Notes under the pieces: generated by a model
What the model saw: only the letters and a program-made list of their open reading frames with translations
Databases searched by the model: none
What the model was told of the DNA's origin: nothing
Made by a program: the position numbers and the translations under genes
Source of the DNA: Camelus ferus
Taxonomy: Eukaryota
DNA: 64,000 nt
Direction of reading: 5' to 3'
NCBI RefSeq assembly: GCF_009834535.1
Contig: NC_045696.1
Location: 56,670,001 to 56,734,000 of the forward strand
In this document: positions 12,506 to 27,599 of the stretch, piece after piece
How the letters are laid out: each line of letters begins with the position of its first letter
How positions within the stretch are numbered: position 1 is the stretch's first letter

Positions 12506-13809
12506 GGGCTACCCAACAGGAACTGAGATCACAGAGGGAGGCAGTCCCAAATAGGAGCAAGCACCGGGGGAAAAAACCCCAACATGTCTTTGCACCTGAC
12601 CTCCAATTTCCTGTGAGTACCTCCCACTGGTTGAACCCAACCAAAAGCTAGCTGGCTAGGGAGTCCGGAGGGTACAGTCCATGTAAGTCAACCTCCCAGG
12701 GCACAGATCATGGCAGAGAAGGGAGAATGGATGAGTTGGGGCTAACACAGAGACTAACCAGCACAGGGTCCACTTAGAAATTGGCTGTCTGTCTCTACAA
12801 TGGTGCTTCTCTGTCAAATGTATGTCAAATATAATACACAGCATATGCTTTTTTCTTTAATTTATTTTTTGTTTTTTTGGTATATGCTTTAAATGAATGT
12901 GATTTCCACACTGCATCCCAGAGGTTATCATTTTTGCCAGGCTGGAGTAGTATCTGAGTGTCTGCATTTTAAACAAGCCACTCTGAGAATTTTTGATGCC
13001 AAGGGTCTCTGAACCACATTTTGAGAAATCCTGATCCAGAGAATATGAGGGTGACTATGTGTCAATGAGAGTGACAATTAACCCTCAGGGGTTAATTTTA
13101 TGTGCCAAACTAGTTGGCCTCTGCTGCTTAACATACCTTCTAGATGCTGTCAAAGAAAATAACATACCTTGTGAAATATAAGCAGTAAGTTAAATGAGCA
13201 AAAATAAAGCAACAATTAATAGTGGACAGAAGAGATCTTTGTATTATTTTTACTATATGATTATTTTATTCTACTATATTATATACCCAGTATATTAAGT
13301 AATAGTGTATTATACTATAGATTGCATCTTATTTTATTATTATTATTTTTAGTATTATCTATGCCTTTGCTTATCTCCTGAGTTTACCAGGCTGGCAGTA
13401 TAAACCAAGTCAAACTAATTAACTAAGTTCTATTTATTTTCTATCCATCAGTGCTTATATTTGAAATATAGTGGCCATTGGTGAATATAAGTCTTAGATG
13501 AATTGCTATTAGCTCATTTCTCTTTTCAGAACATATTACCCTGCCTATATATTATGTTTTCCCCACCATTTATAGAGATGTACATATTGTTGGGTTTTTT
13601 ATTGCTTGATGAATAGAAAGAGCATGACCTTTGGAGTCAGAAAGATATGGGTTTGAATGCTGATTCTGTCATTTACTGTGACATTTGCTAAGTTATTTAA
13701 CACTACCTGGCCCGTTTTCATGATCTGTGATGTGGTAAAGATGAAAGAATATGTGTAAATACTTAACATCAGAAGGTGCTTAATAACTATTTATTCCTTC
13801 CCCTGCCTA

Positions 13810-14079
<270 letters not shown>

Positions 14080-15987
14080 TCAAAGATCTACTGGAATCCC
14101 AGTCTGGTACCTTTTAAGGAGGACCCAAGGAATTTGGTCAGAAAAAAAAATCATGAAAATATCATCACCAGCATTACTTCCTAAAGTTGTAGAATGAATA
14201 GTGTTTATAAACATTTTGTATGCATTATCTCATCACTACAGGGGAGGGGAGGGAAGAAGAGGAAAAGACTAGAAAAGGGAAGATATGATAGAATACTAGA
14301 CTTTTTTTTTCCCAAGAAAATTCTGATGGTCCTAGAACTCATCTACAGTCCTGGAGAAAGAAAGGGTTACATACTGTAGCCCCAGGCGTGCCTCTGCTCC
14401 TAACACAGAACTCAGAATCAATCCAAGTCTTTAAATTGCTCTGCAGCCTGGCAGATCTGTCTGCCACTGAGGGAGAAAGTATCTGGTACTTGCCTGCTCA
14501 CCTTCACGTTGGGAGTATTCCCTCCAGAGAAAGAAAATAAATCAAAAGACCAAAAATGAAAAGCACTAGCTGCAAAAACATAATTTAACTCTGAGAGGAC
14601 AGACCTGGGGAGTGTTTTATTATTGCCAGCTCCTGGGGTTAAAAAAAAAAAAAAAGCGTCCAGCTGGTTAGTAAATTATACATATTTTCCAGAGGGTCTG
14701 TGTTCCATAGAACCTGGAAGCTGGGCTGGCTGTAGGGCAGCAGGTGGCTGGAGCCGAGTGGGAAGAGCGGGTGGGGAGCAGGATGACAGACGGCCCGCCA
14801 TGGCTCCAGCTGTCTCTCTGCTGCCTCCCACCTTCCTCTGACTATTTGGATTACCCCAGGGGAGTGACTGGAAGGCACATATGCCCTGTCCCTGTTTTGC
14901 TCTAAAAAATCTGTTGACAAGGAAAGGGAAGAGCTGGGAGGTGTGGCCGCCACCTTCAGCAAACATGCCAGAGATGAAACAAAGGGCCAGTTTTCCCAAC
15001 CACTCTTTTCACTCCCAGAGACATTTTGAGAATAAGCCCTCCTTCCACCTTCGCTTCTCTCCTGGTATCCTGGCTCTGGCTTGCCAGAAGAATCGGGTGT
15101 GGAGGATGCTGGTTCACTTTGGAAAGTTTGAATCTGCCTCGTGGAGGCTGTGGTTTCTAGCTGCTTCACAGCACTGAGTGAGGTACCCTTTCTGACTCTC
15201 AAGGGTGTCGATTTTGTGGCGTGTGCTCAGTAGAAGTGTGAGGTTTGTAGACTGTGTCTCTCTCAATCCGTTTCCCCTTTCCAAAGCAACATAGCCCCCC
15301 GCCGTTTTTATGTCTTTCCTTACTCTATTGTCTACACACAACCCACTGGCCTAAGAAAATGATCTTCCTCCTTTCCACAAAGCCCATTTTCACCTGAATA
15401 CTTTATCTTAAGCCGTTCCCTTTCCTCTTTATTTTCTCTCAACTTTTCATCAAGGGTTAGTCACATCTCATCTCTTCTATGAAGCTGTTCCTGGAGAGTT
15501 GGCCCACAGTAACCCAGACTTCTACATCCTTTAGGGTGTACTCTGTATAACCTGAAATGTATTACATATTGTCTTGCTCCCCAGTGGTCTGAACGCTATT
15601 CTAGAGAGAGACTTATAATGGGTTGGCTTGGATCATTCTGTTATGCATGTATGTGATGGCAAGAGGCCTTCATTACCCTTGATGTGGTTCCTGTCATTGC
15701 CCTCAGCACAGCATGGGAGCCAAGACAAGCTGATGGACTGACACACTGACCAGCTAATTAACAAAGCTGTCATCTCATCAGATGGGTCAGCCATACCACC
15801 TGGAGCCCCTGAATTTAGAGGTCCAGAAAAAGAAGTCTGTGATTGCTCAGGGAGCTCCAGTAGGTTCTGAAATTCCCAGCTACACTTGGTTAGAGAAGAA
15901 GTTGTCTAGAGAGGAAAGTTGAACGTTTGAGTGTGATAAAGAGGGGAGAAAGATGTTTAACTTTCATGTGATTATTTGTGTCCTCTA

Positions 15988-16284
<297 letters not shown>

Positions 16285-16675
16285 TTAACTTCTAGTCACA
16301 TCTGTGACCCAAACCAATTCTAGTCTACTCCCTCACTGGGCTCAGAGATAACAGTGCTCTGATTTAGCCAGATTTTGAAGAAATCCATCTTCACTGCCCT
16401 TCACTCCCATCCAGGGCCTTATCCACCGGGTGTATAAATATTTAGGAAAGAGAACTGACAAAGCTCTTTGCTTTGTGATTGTGTGCTATTTTAAAACAAA
16501 GCAGACACCCAAGCCTGCTTACTCTTCTGCTCAGGGAGCCTTCTGTGTAACTCCAACTCCCTTCCCATTGCTCAGACATGACAGAAATTTTAGAGTTGGA
16601 AATAGCAGCAGCTGCAACATCTGATTGCTCCCAAATTAGGGAGAAGCAGGGAGGAGACGGGGACACATCACCAAC

Positions 16676-16755
16676 CTGAATGACGCAGATCTCGTTGGGC
16701 TGTACAAGCATCTTGCCAAACTCAGTGTAAATGAGAAGTTTCCCTTGCTGGGGAA
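16676..16755 (-). CDS. HGD: HGD exon 8 ([26 protein letters not shown])
   Basis: 80 nt within ORF 16442..16762, donor |gttggt. Confidence 0.97.
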
Positions 16756-17573
16756 CTGACAAAAAAGACAGGACAGCAGTGAGTAATTCTTTTCATGTGA
16801 GAACCACTTCATGAAGAGTAAAAGGCTTAAGGGCTGCATTTGATTTTTCATCCAAAGTGAAAAGAGCTTTATTGAGTCTTATGGGGGAAATATGTATTCT
16901 GATAACTTAGGTTAGCTATTTTACTATCTAGAAAAACATGAATGAAAAAAATTAACTTTTTTTTTTTTTGGTTGCTAGGTAAGGAAGGAACTTGTATATG
17001 CACAATTCTGTGAATTGACCAGAAAGAGCAGCAGAAATAGGGTGGAAAAGGACCTATTTCTGATAGTTCCAGCAGGAGGCTGGCATTTGCATGTCTAATG
17101 TCTACATCAAAATGTTCACTCCAAAATATTGGTATTAAAACCATCAAAAAGAATGGAAAGACCAGAGACTTTCCTTACTAGACTTTCCATTTTAGATGGT
17201 CTCATGAAAATTTGTATGTGTATTACAGATGTCAATGACAGATGGCCTTTTCTTCAGTGAATTAGAAGGCAAACAGTTATCTTAACAAGTTAATCACATG
17301 TTGGTATTACCCTCCATTTCTTTTCAGCTGTCCAGATCCCCCTGATTAGAAAGGCCCCGCAGAAATAAGCAAAGACAGGGAGACCAGGAAATAGAGTAGG
17401 CACTTGAGGTACATGGGAATTTTTTCCAGACCACCAGTTGCCTTTACACCTAGGTCTGTAGATTGCACTAAATAAGGCAGATTGGAAGGAAAATAATATG
17501 TATTCAATTAAAAAAGCAGCTTGTGACTAGGGATCAATTAACAGTTAAAGAGTCTGGAATCCTCATAACTTAC

Positions 17574-17608
17574 CAATCAAGAAGTCCCCATCTGAATTAT
17601 AAAAGCAT
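17574..17608 (-). CDS. HGD: HGD exon 7 (CFYNSDGDFLI)
   Basis: 35 nt, cag| acceptor and |gtaagt donor, phase consistent with neighbouring exons. Confidence 0.96.
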
Positions 17609-18778
17609 CTGAAACATACAGAATAATTCCTATGATTTCCAGTTTTAACATTGTCCAGGCAAATTAAGTCACTGCTCAAATTATTGCTCAGTACCCAGTG
17701 TGTGCCAGGCTTAGTGCTGGGTGTAATATGATGAGCAAGATGACCCCATCTCTGCCCTCATGGAGCTTAGAGTCTAGGAGGAAGTCAGACAGCAATCCAG
17801 CAGTTACAGAACTGTATCACCGAAAACTGTAGTGGCACTGGGCAAGTCAAGTTCAGGGGAATGAAAAGATAAGGAACCTGATCTGTCTGAGGAGGCAGCC
17901 AGAGCTTCCCCGAAGAAGGGACGTTTGACCTGAGATCTAAAGAAATCATCTAGGCAAGGGTTTGGGGATGGGTTTGGGTGGGGAGGCCATTCCAGGCAGA
18001 AGGAACAGCACATGCACATGCTCTGAGGCAGGAGGGCACATAGGTTGAAAGAACTGAGTGAAGGCTGGGGTAGCTCAAGTGGAGAGGGAAGAGCTGCCTG
18101 GTATGACGTTGGACCCCAAGGGATGTCTCCAGTGCCTAGTCATAGGGCTGTGATCTTGGCCCTGATTCACGGCTCAGAGAAGTTAAATGACTTGTCCAAG
18201 TTCACTCAGCCAGGAAGAATGGACTGGGCTTTGGACTCAACAGTTTGGTTCCAGAGGTAGTATGCAAAACTGTTATGATATTCTGCTTCCCAAAGAAAAG
18301 GCAGAAATTATATGTTTTCTGATTTAAAAAATCTAATATGTAAGTCCTTCTGTTTAGGAACTTTAAGCTTACACAGAGTTATTAGCTGAAGACACAGTCT
18401 GTCAGCTTGACCTACCGCCAATAGGTAGCCCTAATGGCTGCTCATGTAATGTGACTTTGGACTCAAGAACAGCCCTAAGGAGCCTTAGAAGTTAAGGATA
18501 TTCTGACTCAAACCTGGTTAAAGTCAAAATGCTTCTTTGACTACTCCTGCTTTCAGTGCCCCATTATCCCTTTTCTGTTTCCATTAATATGTGACATTCT
18601 TGTTTATGTCACAGGAGTTAGTCAAGATAGAAATGCTCATTTATTATCACCATTAATCAATGCATATCAAAATTGCTCTGAGGAAAAAAAAGCAATAACA
18701 AACACAACAACCCAGGCTTCATCCTCTGGCCAACAACTCGGGGAGTGGGGATTTCCTGCTCCTTCTCTGAAACACTTA

Positions 18779-18949
<171 letters not shown>

Positions 18950-20523
18950 CTACTAGTGTCTTCCCTTTGGAACCAGGCTGCCTCTAGGGAGCCCCGAGTT
19001 TACTGCCTTATGTTTTATAGATGGTGGCTCACCTTAATTGCCAGCCATGGTTCTATATCTGGATTGTCTTCATGGCTCCATCAGAATTAACCTACAGAGC
19101 ATCAATTCACTACTTGGCATTTTATCATTTTGGTGCTTAAGATCAACCTGAAGGAGAGTTTCCTTTGGAGGTAAAATCAGGCACCTAGGAGGCTTGAGGG
19201 GAGAAAGGTTGCAGCACTAGGGACCAATTAATGGCCCTCAAATATACTTCATCATGTGGGCAGCCCTCTGCTTATTGATAGGGCCAGCTCTCCAGAACAG
19301 GGGAGAGGAAGGTATTCTGACCAACTGAAACCCTCTCTGCTAATAACCCACAGTGCAAGAAACCTTAACATGTGGCCCTTCCCAAAAGGAGGGAGCTCTG
19401 CTCCTCTAGATAACCATAATTCGCCCATGGTGAGGGATATCTTTTTGTATTTTAACTCGACTTGCAAGTCTGGGTCTATTTAGATGAGTCCACACAGAGA
19501 TTGGAGCACTTAATATGGATAAATAATTCAACAGGAACCAAAAAATTTGGCCTATGACTGGGCACATGGACTCTCCCTAAGTAAGCCAGGACCTGAGGTT
19601 GGTCTGTAGAACCCTCCACTGGGTTTTTTGAGCCCCACCTCCTTGTAGCCCCCAGCCTCTCCCCTACACATGTTTTGCTCTGGGCACAGACGTTCAATAC
19701 TCCCAGCATCTATAACTACCAAGCAGAACTTCCAATCAGCATTGTACTAACTAGAGTTGCCACCCTGAGTTGATGCTATTCTAGCCCAGGGAACCATTTT
19801 GGGTAGTTTATGGACTTGGATGGGAGAAAAAAATTATATACGTATTTTGCCAATCTCTGACTGAAATTGATCATTTCCTTCAATTAATGTGAATGTAAGC
19901 AACAAACTGCAGTGTTAGAAGTGCCTGTAACCTTGTACTGATAGAAATCATAGACATTTTTATATCACATTATATCTGTTCTCCCAAAATATCATTTATG
20001 CTCATACTTTTAATGACCATAGTTATTATATCTTTTCATAGATCTTGTGATTTAGTGCATTAATAAGATAGCATACATATTACTATAAACCAAACCAAAT
20101 TTATCATTTTAATATTTTTATCATTGTATTTCAATATAGTTGACTTCTCTGGAATTTTATGTAATTTATTTTATGCATTTTAAAACACAGGCTTCCAGAT
20201 TATCAAAGGAGTCCATGCAATAAAAAGGCTAAGAACCCCAGTTCTAGCCAAAACCAAAAAAACCTGAGGTAGGTAAATGCTCAAATTCCATTGGCCATTT
20301 GAAGATGTTGTCAATAGCCCCCGAGTGCCCTTTGGTGTCAGGGGCCATATGGTGCCTGTAAGTAAGACATTGCTCGGCCAGCCCCAGAGCAGAGGCAGGT
20401 GGTGCTGGGTCTGCTGGCTGCATCCAAGGCTGCTTCTGTGTGGCACGCAGCCTGCAAATGCTCTGGATCACCCACTGCGGAAGAGAGGAGAGTGGTGGGC
20501 AGGTGTGGATGGTATTGACTTAC

Positions 20524-20583
20524 GCTCACAAAGTCCACTTTCCTCTGAGAGGCTTTTGGAATCTCAAATGGTTTCCATCTCAG
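20524..20583 (-). CDS. HGD: HGD exon 5 (LRWKPFEIPKASQRKVDFVS)
   Basis: 60 nt within ORF 20338..20634, cag| acceptor and |gtaagt donor. Confidence 0.98.
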
Positions 20584-21721
20584 CTGGAAAAAAAAATACA
20601 CATACAGGAAAATTATTTCACAAGGGGAAACCATAAGATTTTCTAAATAAATAGCATTGATTACACAGAAAAAGGACAGCTGCTCCCTCTGTGAGGATCT
20701 GACTACTTGTGATTTTGTTATTTTAAATTTAATAATTATCCATCATTCCCTTAAAAGGACTCAGTTGGGTTCTGTGTATGTATGTAGGGTGTGTCCGTGT
20801 GTGTGAGTGAATTTTAACCTATATGTAAAATACGTAACCTATACGTATTATATATATATAGTCTTTGTTCTTTAGTATTTTAAATTACAAAAATAAAAAA
20901 ATTGCTTGTTATTTCAGAAGCTGTTTCTTTTAGCAGTTTTGCTCAGGCACATCACTGCATTTTGACTGATGCTGCTTTTTATGCTATTTATAATGAGCTC
21001 CCTTTCCTGGTGTGCCAGCCTCTCTGTGTGGGCTCCTGACACTGCAGGGGAAGGTTCTACTTCTTACTTCCAGCAGTTGGAATTGTGAATTATTTCTTTA
21101 AGAGAAAGAAAAAGCACCCAGCTGAGATTGGATTTGGTAAATGCAGCACCAGGTTCAATTTCTTCACCAAACTCCATGCCTGTCCCCAGGCTGCCTGATG
21201 GTTCAGTTTAAATCACAATAATCTTAAATTTAATAATGAAATGATCTAAGCAAGTGGGAAGAAAAATCAGCATGTCTGAGCACTACTAGAAGTGTTAGCC
21301 CCAGCACTTTTAATCAACTTGGCAGCAGGTCTGACCTAGCCAGGCTGGAGGCTGATAAACTCAGTGGCCTCAGGAAATCTCACAGAGTGACCTGCACCCT
21401 GAGGGCTGGCTTCGCTGGCTGAGGTGCCTGGTCAAGGCAGGCTCGGCAGGGCCTCCAGTGGTGGGGAAGGAAGCAGCAAGTGGAAAGGGTGGCGCTGGGA
21501 TTATTCTGCCTCTCTCACATCGTCAGGCAGCAGCCTTTATTTCTTAAAAGCAAAACGGGAGTATCACGTTCTGGGACCACTTTAAAAGAATGTAAAATAT
21601 TGATTTGAAAAACCGTTGTAGAAATCATGCTTCAGAAAGAAGGGAAAGGTTTAGGACAAATTCCACCAAGGTTGGTATTTCCTGTGGGAGGTAGGGGAAG
21701 CTGAGAGCAAGGATCTAGGAA

Positions 21722-21938
21722 AGGATTTCTCAACTCTGGCGCTACTGACATTTTGTGCTGGATAACTCTTTGTTGTGGGAGCTGTCCTGTGCACTGTAGG
21801 ATGTTTAGCAGCATCCCTGACCTCTACTCACTGGTTGCTGGTAGCACTCCCCCAAGTTACAACAGCCAAAAATGTCTCCAGACATTTTCATATGTCACTG
21901 GGGGAAGGGGGACAAAATTTCCCTGGTTGAGCACTGTT
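21722..21938. mobile_element. MER20 hAT-Charlie element
   Basis: tttctcaactctggc...gctgtcctgtgcactgtaggatgtttagcagcatccctg...ggttgagcactg. Confidence 0.85.
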
Positions 21939-24299
21939 GAACTAGGAGGATATTCCCTTGACCTCAGCAAGGGCCACAAATGAGCACTACTGGCTTTTTG
22001 AGGGGAGTTTTTGGTCTGCCACTCACCAGTACTTGCTGCTTCCCTCTATTGCAGAGTTTGTACACCCAGAAAGATTGTCTGGAAGATGCTACTACCTAGA
22101 ATCTTGGTTCCAAGAAAATTCATCATTCTAGATTTCTCAGTGGAAGGGATTTAAGTAGCAGATGCTTGGGCAACCTTTTAGATCTACCCAGAGATTCTAA
22201 ACTCTGGCAAGCCATGAGAATCTCCTGGAAAGTCTTGGAGACCCAAGACCAAATTAATCAGAATTTTAAGATAGTGGGACCCAGGCACCAGAATTTAATG
22301 AAATCTCTATTTTATAAAAGGTCTTTTAATGTGCAGCTATGGTTTAAGAATCAGCACACCCAATCCGGAGATTCAGTGATTTTTATATTATTGTTCATGG
22401 TCAAGAAGTCCAGTCAGTCAACTAAACAACCCATCAGTTAATCAGCTAAATTGTATCTGGGGCCAGTTACCAATAGCAAGGATGTTTAAATAAATATAAA
22501 GTCTAAGGCTTTCCAAACCAAAGAAAAAAAGAAGAGCAAGGAATGAGAAAGAATAAGGCAAAAAAAAAAAAAAAAAAGAAGGGAATAAAAGGGAGCAAGT
22601 GAGTGAGACAGAATCCTAGTTATAGGGGAAGGACTACCTGGTTTGTTGCACTGAGAAACAGCTTTGTAGATCTTCCTGAAACTAAAAATGCCTGTTGTGG
22701 GTAGAAATAAAGTCCTGGGCCCTAGAGAAGAGGTTGATATCCTGTGAGTGGGAAAGGCTGAACCAGAGAGGCTGAAGGGTTGGTTTGGTAAAGTTTTTGC
22801 TGGCCAGTTTTTCAAAGTCTTCTGTGGCACTTCAGCCTTCAAGTTATAAGGAGAGAGAGCCTGGGGTGGAAGGTGGAAGGGCACCTACATGATGATGTAG
22901 GGAATATGCCTTCAGTAGGGCCCACAGACTGGAAGAGGCAGTGGCCTTGAAGAACCTCCTAGAATGCAAAAAGTGATGCCCTTCAGATGATGGAGATGGT
23001 ATAGGGAGAGGAGAAATTTATCTCTGGGTCTTACGGCAGAGTATTGTACAGGCCCATGTTCCGCATGTCACGAACAATAATAAAGGACCCCAGGTGGTTC
23101 TGATAAACCTGGTGCCCACAAGAAGAAGTCAGCTTGGGGTCTTCAGGTAAGAGATTTAGGTCAAGAGTTTTGGTGTGATATCATGTTGAAAGTGAGGAGG
23201 GAAATTTGGGGAGAGGATAGACAGGAAGAGACATGGACTAGAGGGTAGAAACATCTGCTAAAGCCAGATGTTCAGCTTAATTGCATGCTGTGGAGGAGTA
23301 GCCCTCTGACCCAAGGCCAGCCCAAGGGGGCTGTGCATTGGGGGGGGCCCTGAGACCTGGGTTCTGCTGCTGCCTCTGTGCCCATTTACTCTGTGACTTC
23401 AGGCAAGCCACTTGATGCTTATGAACTCATTTTATCCTGTAACTTTTAAACAGTTTATTTTATTTGTACTATACATTATTGCTAAATAGCCCTCCACACA
23501 GAATTCAATTATTAAACATTTCAGAAACAATGAAGTCAATTGTAATACCCAATGTGATGTCTTGATTGTAGTAGTTATTAATAAATTTATGTTGAATGAT
23601 TGAATGAATTAATAAATATAAGACATTGAGGACATTGCTACTATCTCAAAGGACAAGAATAAAACAAATATGTGAGACTTTTGGACGTCAAAATGACATT
23701 CAAGCAAAAGCTAGTAAATTGACAAATGTTTCTAAAAGTCCTAAGATTTTTTCTAGAATGTAAGTCAGTTCTTCATATATGGGAAAGCCCTCAGTTCTTT
23801 CATATCCTTTCTGATTTTCTATCCAGTTGTTTTATTAACTGTTGAGAGAGAGGTGTTGAAGTTTCCAGCTACAATTGTGGATTTAATCTATCTCTCCTTT
23901 CAGATCTATTATTGCTTCACATATTTTGCAGCTATAATCTGCAAATTCTATTGGGAAATAACCTTTTACCTCTTAGAAATGAGATGGTCGAAAATAATTT
24001 GAAATCTTCAAGAGAGTCTAAAATTAGAATTAAAAATTCTTCAAGGTTATCAAAGGAGAAAGACAGACAATTGGTGGCAACATTTAATGGTCAAGATTTG
24101 AAACTCATACCCAGATAAGAAAAGGAAACCCAAGAATTGAACTCAGTATTTCCAGAGTCGGAAGATTGGGAGATGTACTGGATGATCCGAGTATCACCTT
24201 CAATACTGTTTCTTTGATTTACTGAAATTCCCTCCAAAATTGCCTAGGACTCAGCTAGATTGGACGAGCTGGATACTCTCAACAACATGGCTGGCTTGA

Positions 24300-25650
24300 G
24301 GTAGACATATCATTAGAAGTCAGTACCATGTATCCAAGAATTTGGAAGTAACTTGTAGATGTAGTCATGATCACAGTGGGCAAGCAATTGTTAGCAGCAG
24401 CTATGTCTAGGAGAGGTGCAGTGAGTTTCAAGCCAGATTAGAGAAGATGATGTGGGTGGGGGAGCAGATAAAATAACAGTGGCTCATTAAATTCTTCAGC
24501 AAATCTATCAATCGGAGGAAAATGGGAACATGATTTAGGTGATGAGAAATCAGGCTTTGAGTGACCCATTGGGGTTCTGAGAAGGTAATAGGCAAGAACA
24601 CAGGTAAGGAGGATTCAAGTCACTGTACTTTATTACAAAAGTCTTTCACAAGACTACAGAAAAAAAAAGTTGAACCATCATAGGACTTGGATGACTTGGA
24701 TAGAAACCTGGATTTCCCATTTGACCTTGCCCTTGAGTGGAAAGCTAAGGACTTTACCTCCATTACTCAGCACTCAGCATAGAGCATGAAATGAAGTAGT
24801 CACTCAATAAACATTTGTTGGATGGCATTTAATTCTTAAAACAACCCTGAGGCTTCTACATTTATTATCTCTATTTTAGAAGTGACAACACTTATGGTTT
24901 AAAGTAATTAAGTTATCTTGACTAAGAAATGATGTCAACACTCTCTCAGCCTTCCTTAGTAACCTACACCCCTGAGCCCTTTAATCTCAGCCTGTCATTA
25001 TCTGCTTCCCAAACCATTCATGGCTCCTTGGCTCCTGAACATAGGCTTTGCTTCCTTTTAAGTTTTGCACTGGGCCTTCTAATCTGGGCCCTTATCTACT
25101 GGTCCTCCAAGGCTGAGTTGCCTTGGCCCAGTCTAACTCCTGGGACCCAAATCCTGCTAAGGTCCTTCAAGATCAGCATTCTTGTCCAATCCTCTTATGT
25201 TAATTCATTCAAATGATTTACCATACCTGTCTGAGTACTAGGTTTTATGCCAGGTACGGAGGTGAACATGACAGTCTCTGCCATCAGGGAACCTATTACA
25301 GAAGGTCCTGGAAGTGTGGGCACTTTCCAATAGAACAAGGAAATGAATAACTGGAAATGACTTTGGAAGAGAAATATAAACAGGAAGTTTCCCACAGGAA
25401 TAATTCCTGGTACAGGGGATATTTAACATTCTTATACATGAAAAATAAGAGACACACACAATAAAATAATCTGATTTGCAGACAGCGCCAACCTCTTCCC
25501 AAAGAGTGAAATGCAAGTTGATGGAGATGTACTGTAAAAAGAGCCAGCAAGCTGTCCAAAAGTGTTGAACAGGGCAATGTGCACTGCAGTGTTGGCAAAA
25601 GCCAGTGAATGCATTTAGAGAAATGCAATCTAGTCTATTTATAGGACGAT
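24300..25650 (+). mobile_element. Scattered, highly decayed CR1/L3 LINE fragments
   Basis: atgtatccaagaatttggaagtaacttgtagatgta resembles the CR1 ORF2 'HPRVLKELADV' segment; L3 3'-like sequence near 25560-25650. Confidence 0.4.
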
Positions 25651-27218
25651 GGGATCTGAGCTTTCAGGGAGTCAGTTACTTCACCAAATACTTGTGATTC
25701 TACTATTTGGAAGAAGGCATGTGCTGGACATTGTAGGTCATATGAAGGTGATGGAGACATAGATCCTACTCTCAAATATTCTGAGAAAAATTGAACAAGT
25801 TCAATGAAGAAAGTAGTATTTAAGATGAGTCTTAAATAATGGGTGGGATTTGGACGGGTGAATACTTGTGAGGGAAGAAGAGAAAATTCTAAGTAGATGA
25901 AAGAGCATGAAGCACCTAGGCAGGAAATTTTAGAGTGTTGTCCTGGAATAATAAAGGTCCCAATGTGGCTGGTCGATAGAGGGCATGGAAGAGAGTGAAG
26001 GGATTGAAAGATATGATGGTGAATCAGGGCTTTTGATCACCTGTCTAGGGAGTCTGCACTTGATTGGCTGGGCAGTGGAAGGGAGAGGTAATGGCAGAAT
26101 TTAAAGATTTTTGAGATGATAATTTAGTAAGTTGAGTCTGGCAGCAAGGTGTAGGATATGGTGAGAAGACACAGGAATCAGTTAGGAGCCATTATAGCAG
26201 TCCAGGTAAGAGGAAATGAGGTCCAAATCAGGTGATGTTATCAAAAGGAAGGAAACTACAGATGTCAGAGATGTCTTGGAAGCAAATTCTACAGCAGTAT
26301 TTCTTCAAGTGTGGACTAGAGCCAATCTGCATGCAAATCGTCTGGAAAGATTCCTGAGTACTGTCCCAGACCTACTAAATTAGAATCTCTAATTGGGGAG
26401 TCTGGGGATTCTACATTTTCAACAAGCCCCCTGGTAACCTTTATGTAAATGACAATCCCCATTCTGTGGACACTGTACCTAATTTAATGTAAATGGAGAA
26501 AGAAGTTCTCAAATATAACTCTAAAGATTGACTGGGCATTGAGGGGAGGGGTCAGAGCAGGTGGTGTGGGAAAGAATGGTTGTGTCATTAACAGACCAAG
26601 AAAAGCTAGAGAGAGAAAAAGGTTTGGAAGGATTGGATAGGACTATGATGTCTTCAGTATGGATCCTGTTGAGCTGGGACATATATATGGCAATGTCCCA
26701 TGTGGTGCTTGAAGTTAGCGGAGAGATTTGTAAGATATGTTGCAGAGAGGTGATAAATAATGTCATGGGAACGAATGATGTTAGATTTTTAAAAAATAAA
26801 ATACAGGAGATGTGGAAGATGGCGAGAGGGAGATGAAGTGGATGACAGAGTATAAATGAGGTTCTGCAATGATGGCAACCCCAGAATGGCTTCCAGACTG
26901 GAGTAAGGGGACTGACTTCCTGCATTGTGGCCTATCAGGGTAGACCAAGCTTTGGGCTGGAATTATGTGGGGTGAAGTTAGATCTCTGTAATTCTGCCTG
27001 CTGAGACGTGTGTATGTAGGGGGTTTGGGCAGAGGCGGGAAGTAAAGTGGGCTAGAAAAATCCCCTGCCGCTCAAGGAATTCCTCCTCTTAGTTCACCCA
27101 AGCTGGGTATTTCTTATCAATAGCAACTAACCCTTCACCTCTGAGACAAAGACAGTCCAACTAAAGTGGGAATCAGTAACTGAAAATTGGAAGAAAAGTG
27201 AAGGAAGTGGAGGGAGAG

Positions 27219-27599
27219 TGTTATGGGCTAAATTGTTTTCTCCCCATAATTCATGTGCTGGAGTCCTAACCCCTAGTACCTTGGAATGGCTGTATTTGGA
27301 GATAAGGGCTTTCAGGAGTAATTAAGTTAAAATGAGGTCATTTGGGTGGGCCCTGATCCAATAAGATGTGTCCTTATAAGAAGAGGAAGTTTGAACACAG
27401 ATATATAGAGGAAAGACGATACGAAGACACTGGCATCAGACAGCCATCCAAAGACAATGAAGAAGCCTCAGAAGAAACCAATGCCACCAGCACTTTGATC
27501 TCAGATATCTTGCTTCCACAATGGTGAGAAAATAAATCTTTGTTGTTTAAGCCACCCAGTCTGTGGTACTTTGTAAAGGCAGCCCTAGGAAACTAATAC
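27219..27599 (+). mobile_element. MLT1 (MaLR) solo LTR
   Basis: Starts tgttatgggctaaattg, ends aataaatctttgttgtttaagccacccagtctgtggtactttg...aactaatac. Confidence 0.85.

Noticed and set aside
13076..13097. 9-bp inverted repeat aattaaccc-tcag-gggttaatt
   Set aside because: Short and isolated; plausible by chance in 64 kb.
14639..15202. 187-aa minus-strand ORF (longest in the track) and overlapping ORFs in HGD intron 9
   Set aside because: Non-ATG start, no recognisable domain, ends in a poly-T run; consistent with chance in a locally GC-richer stretch.
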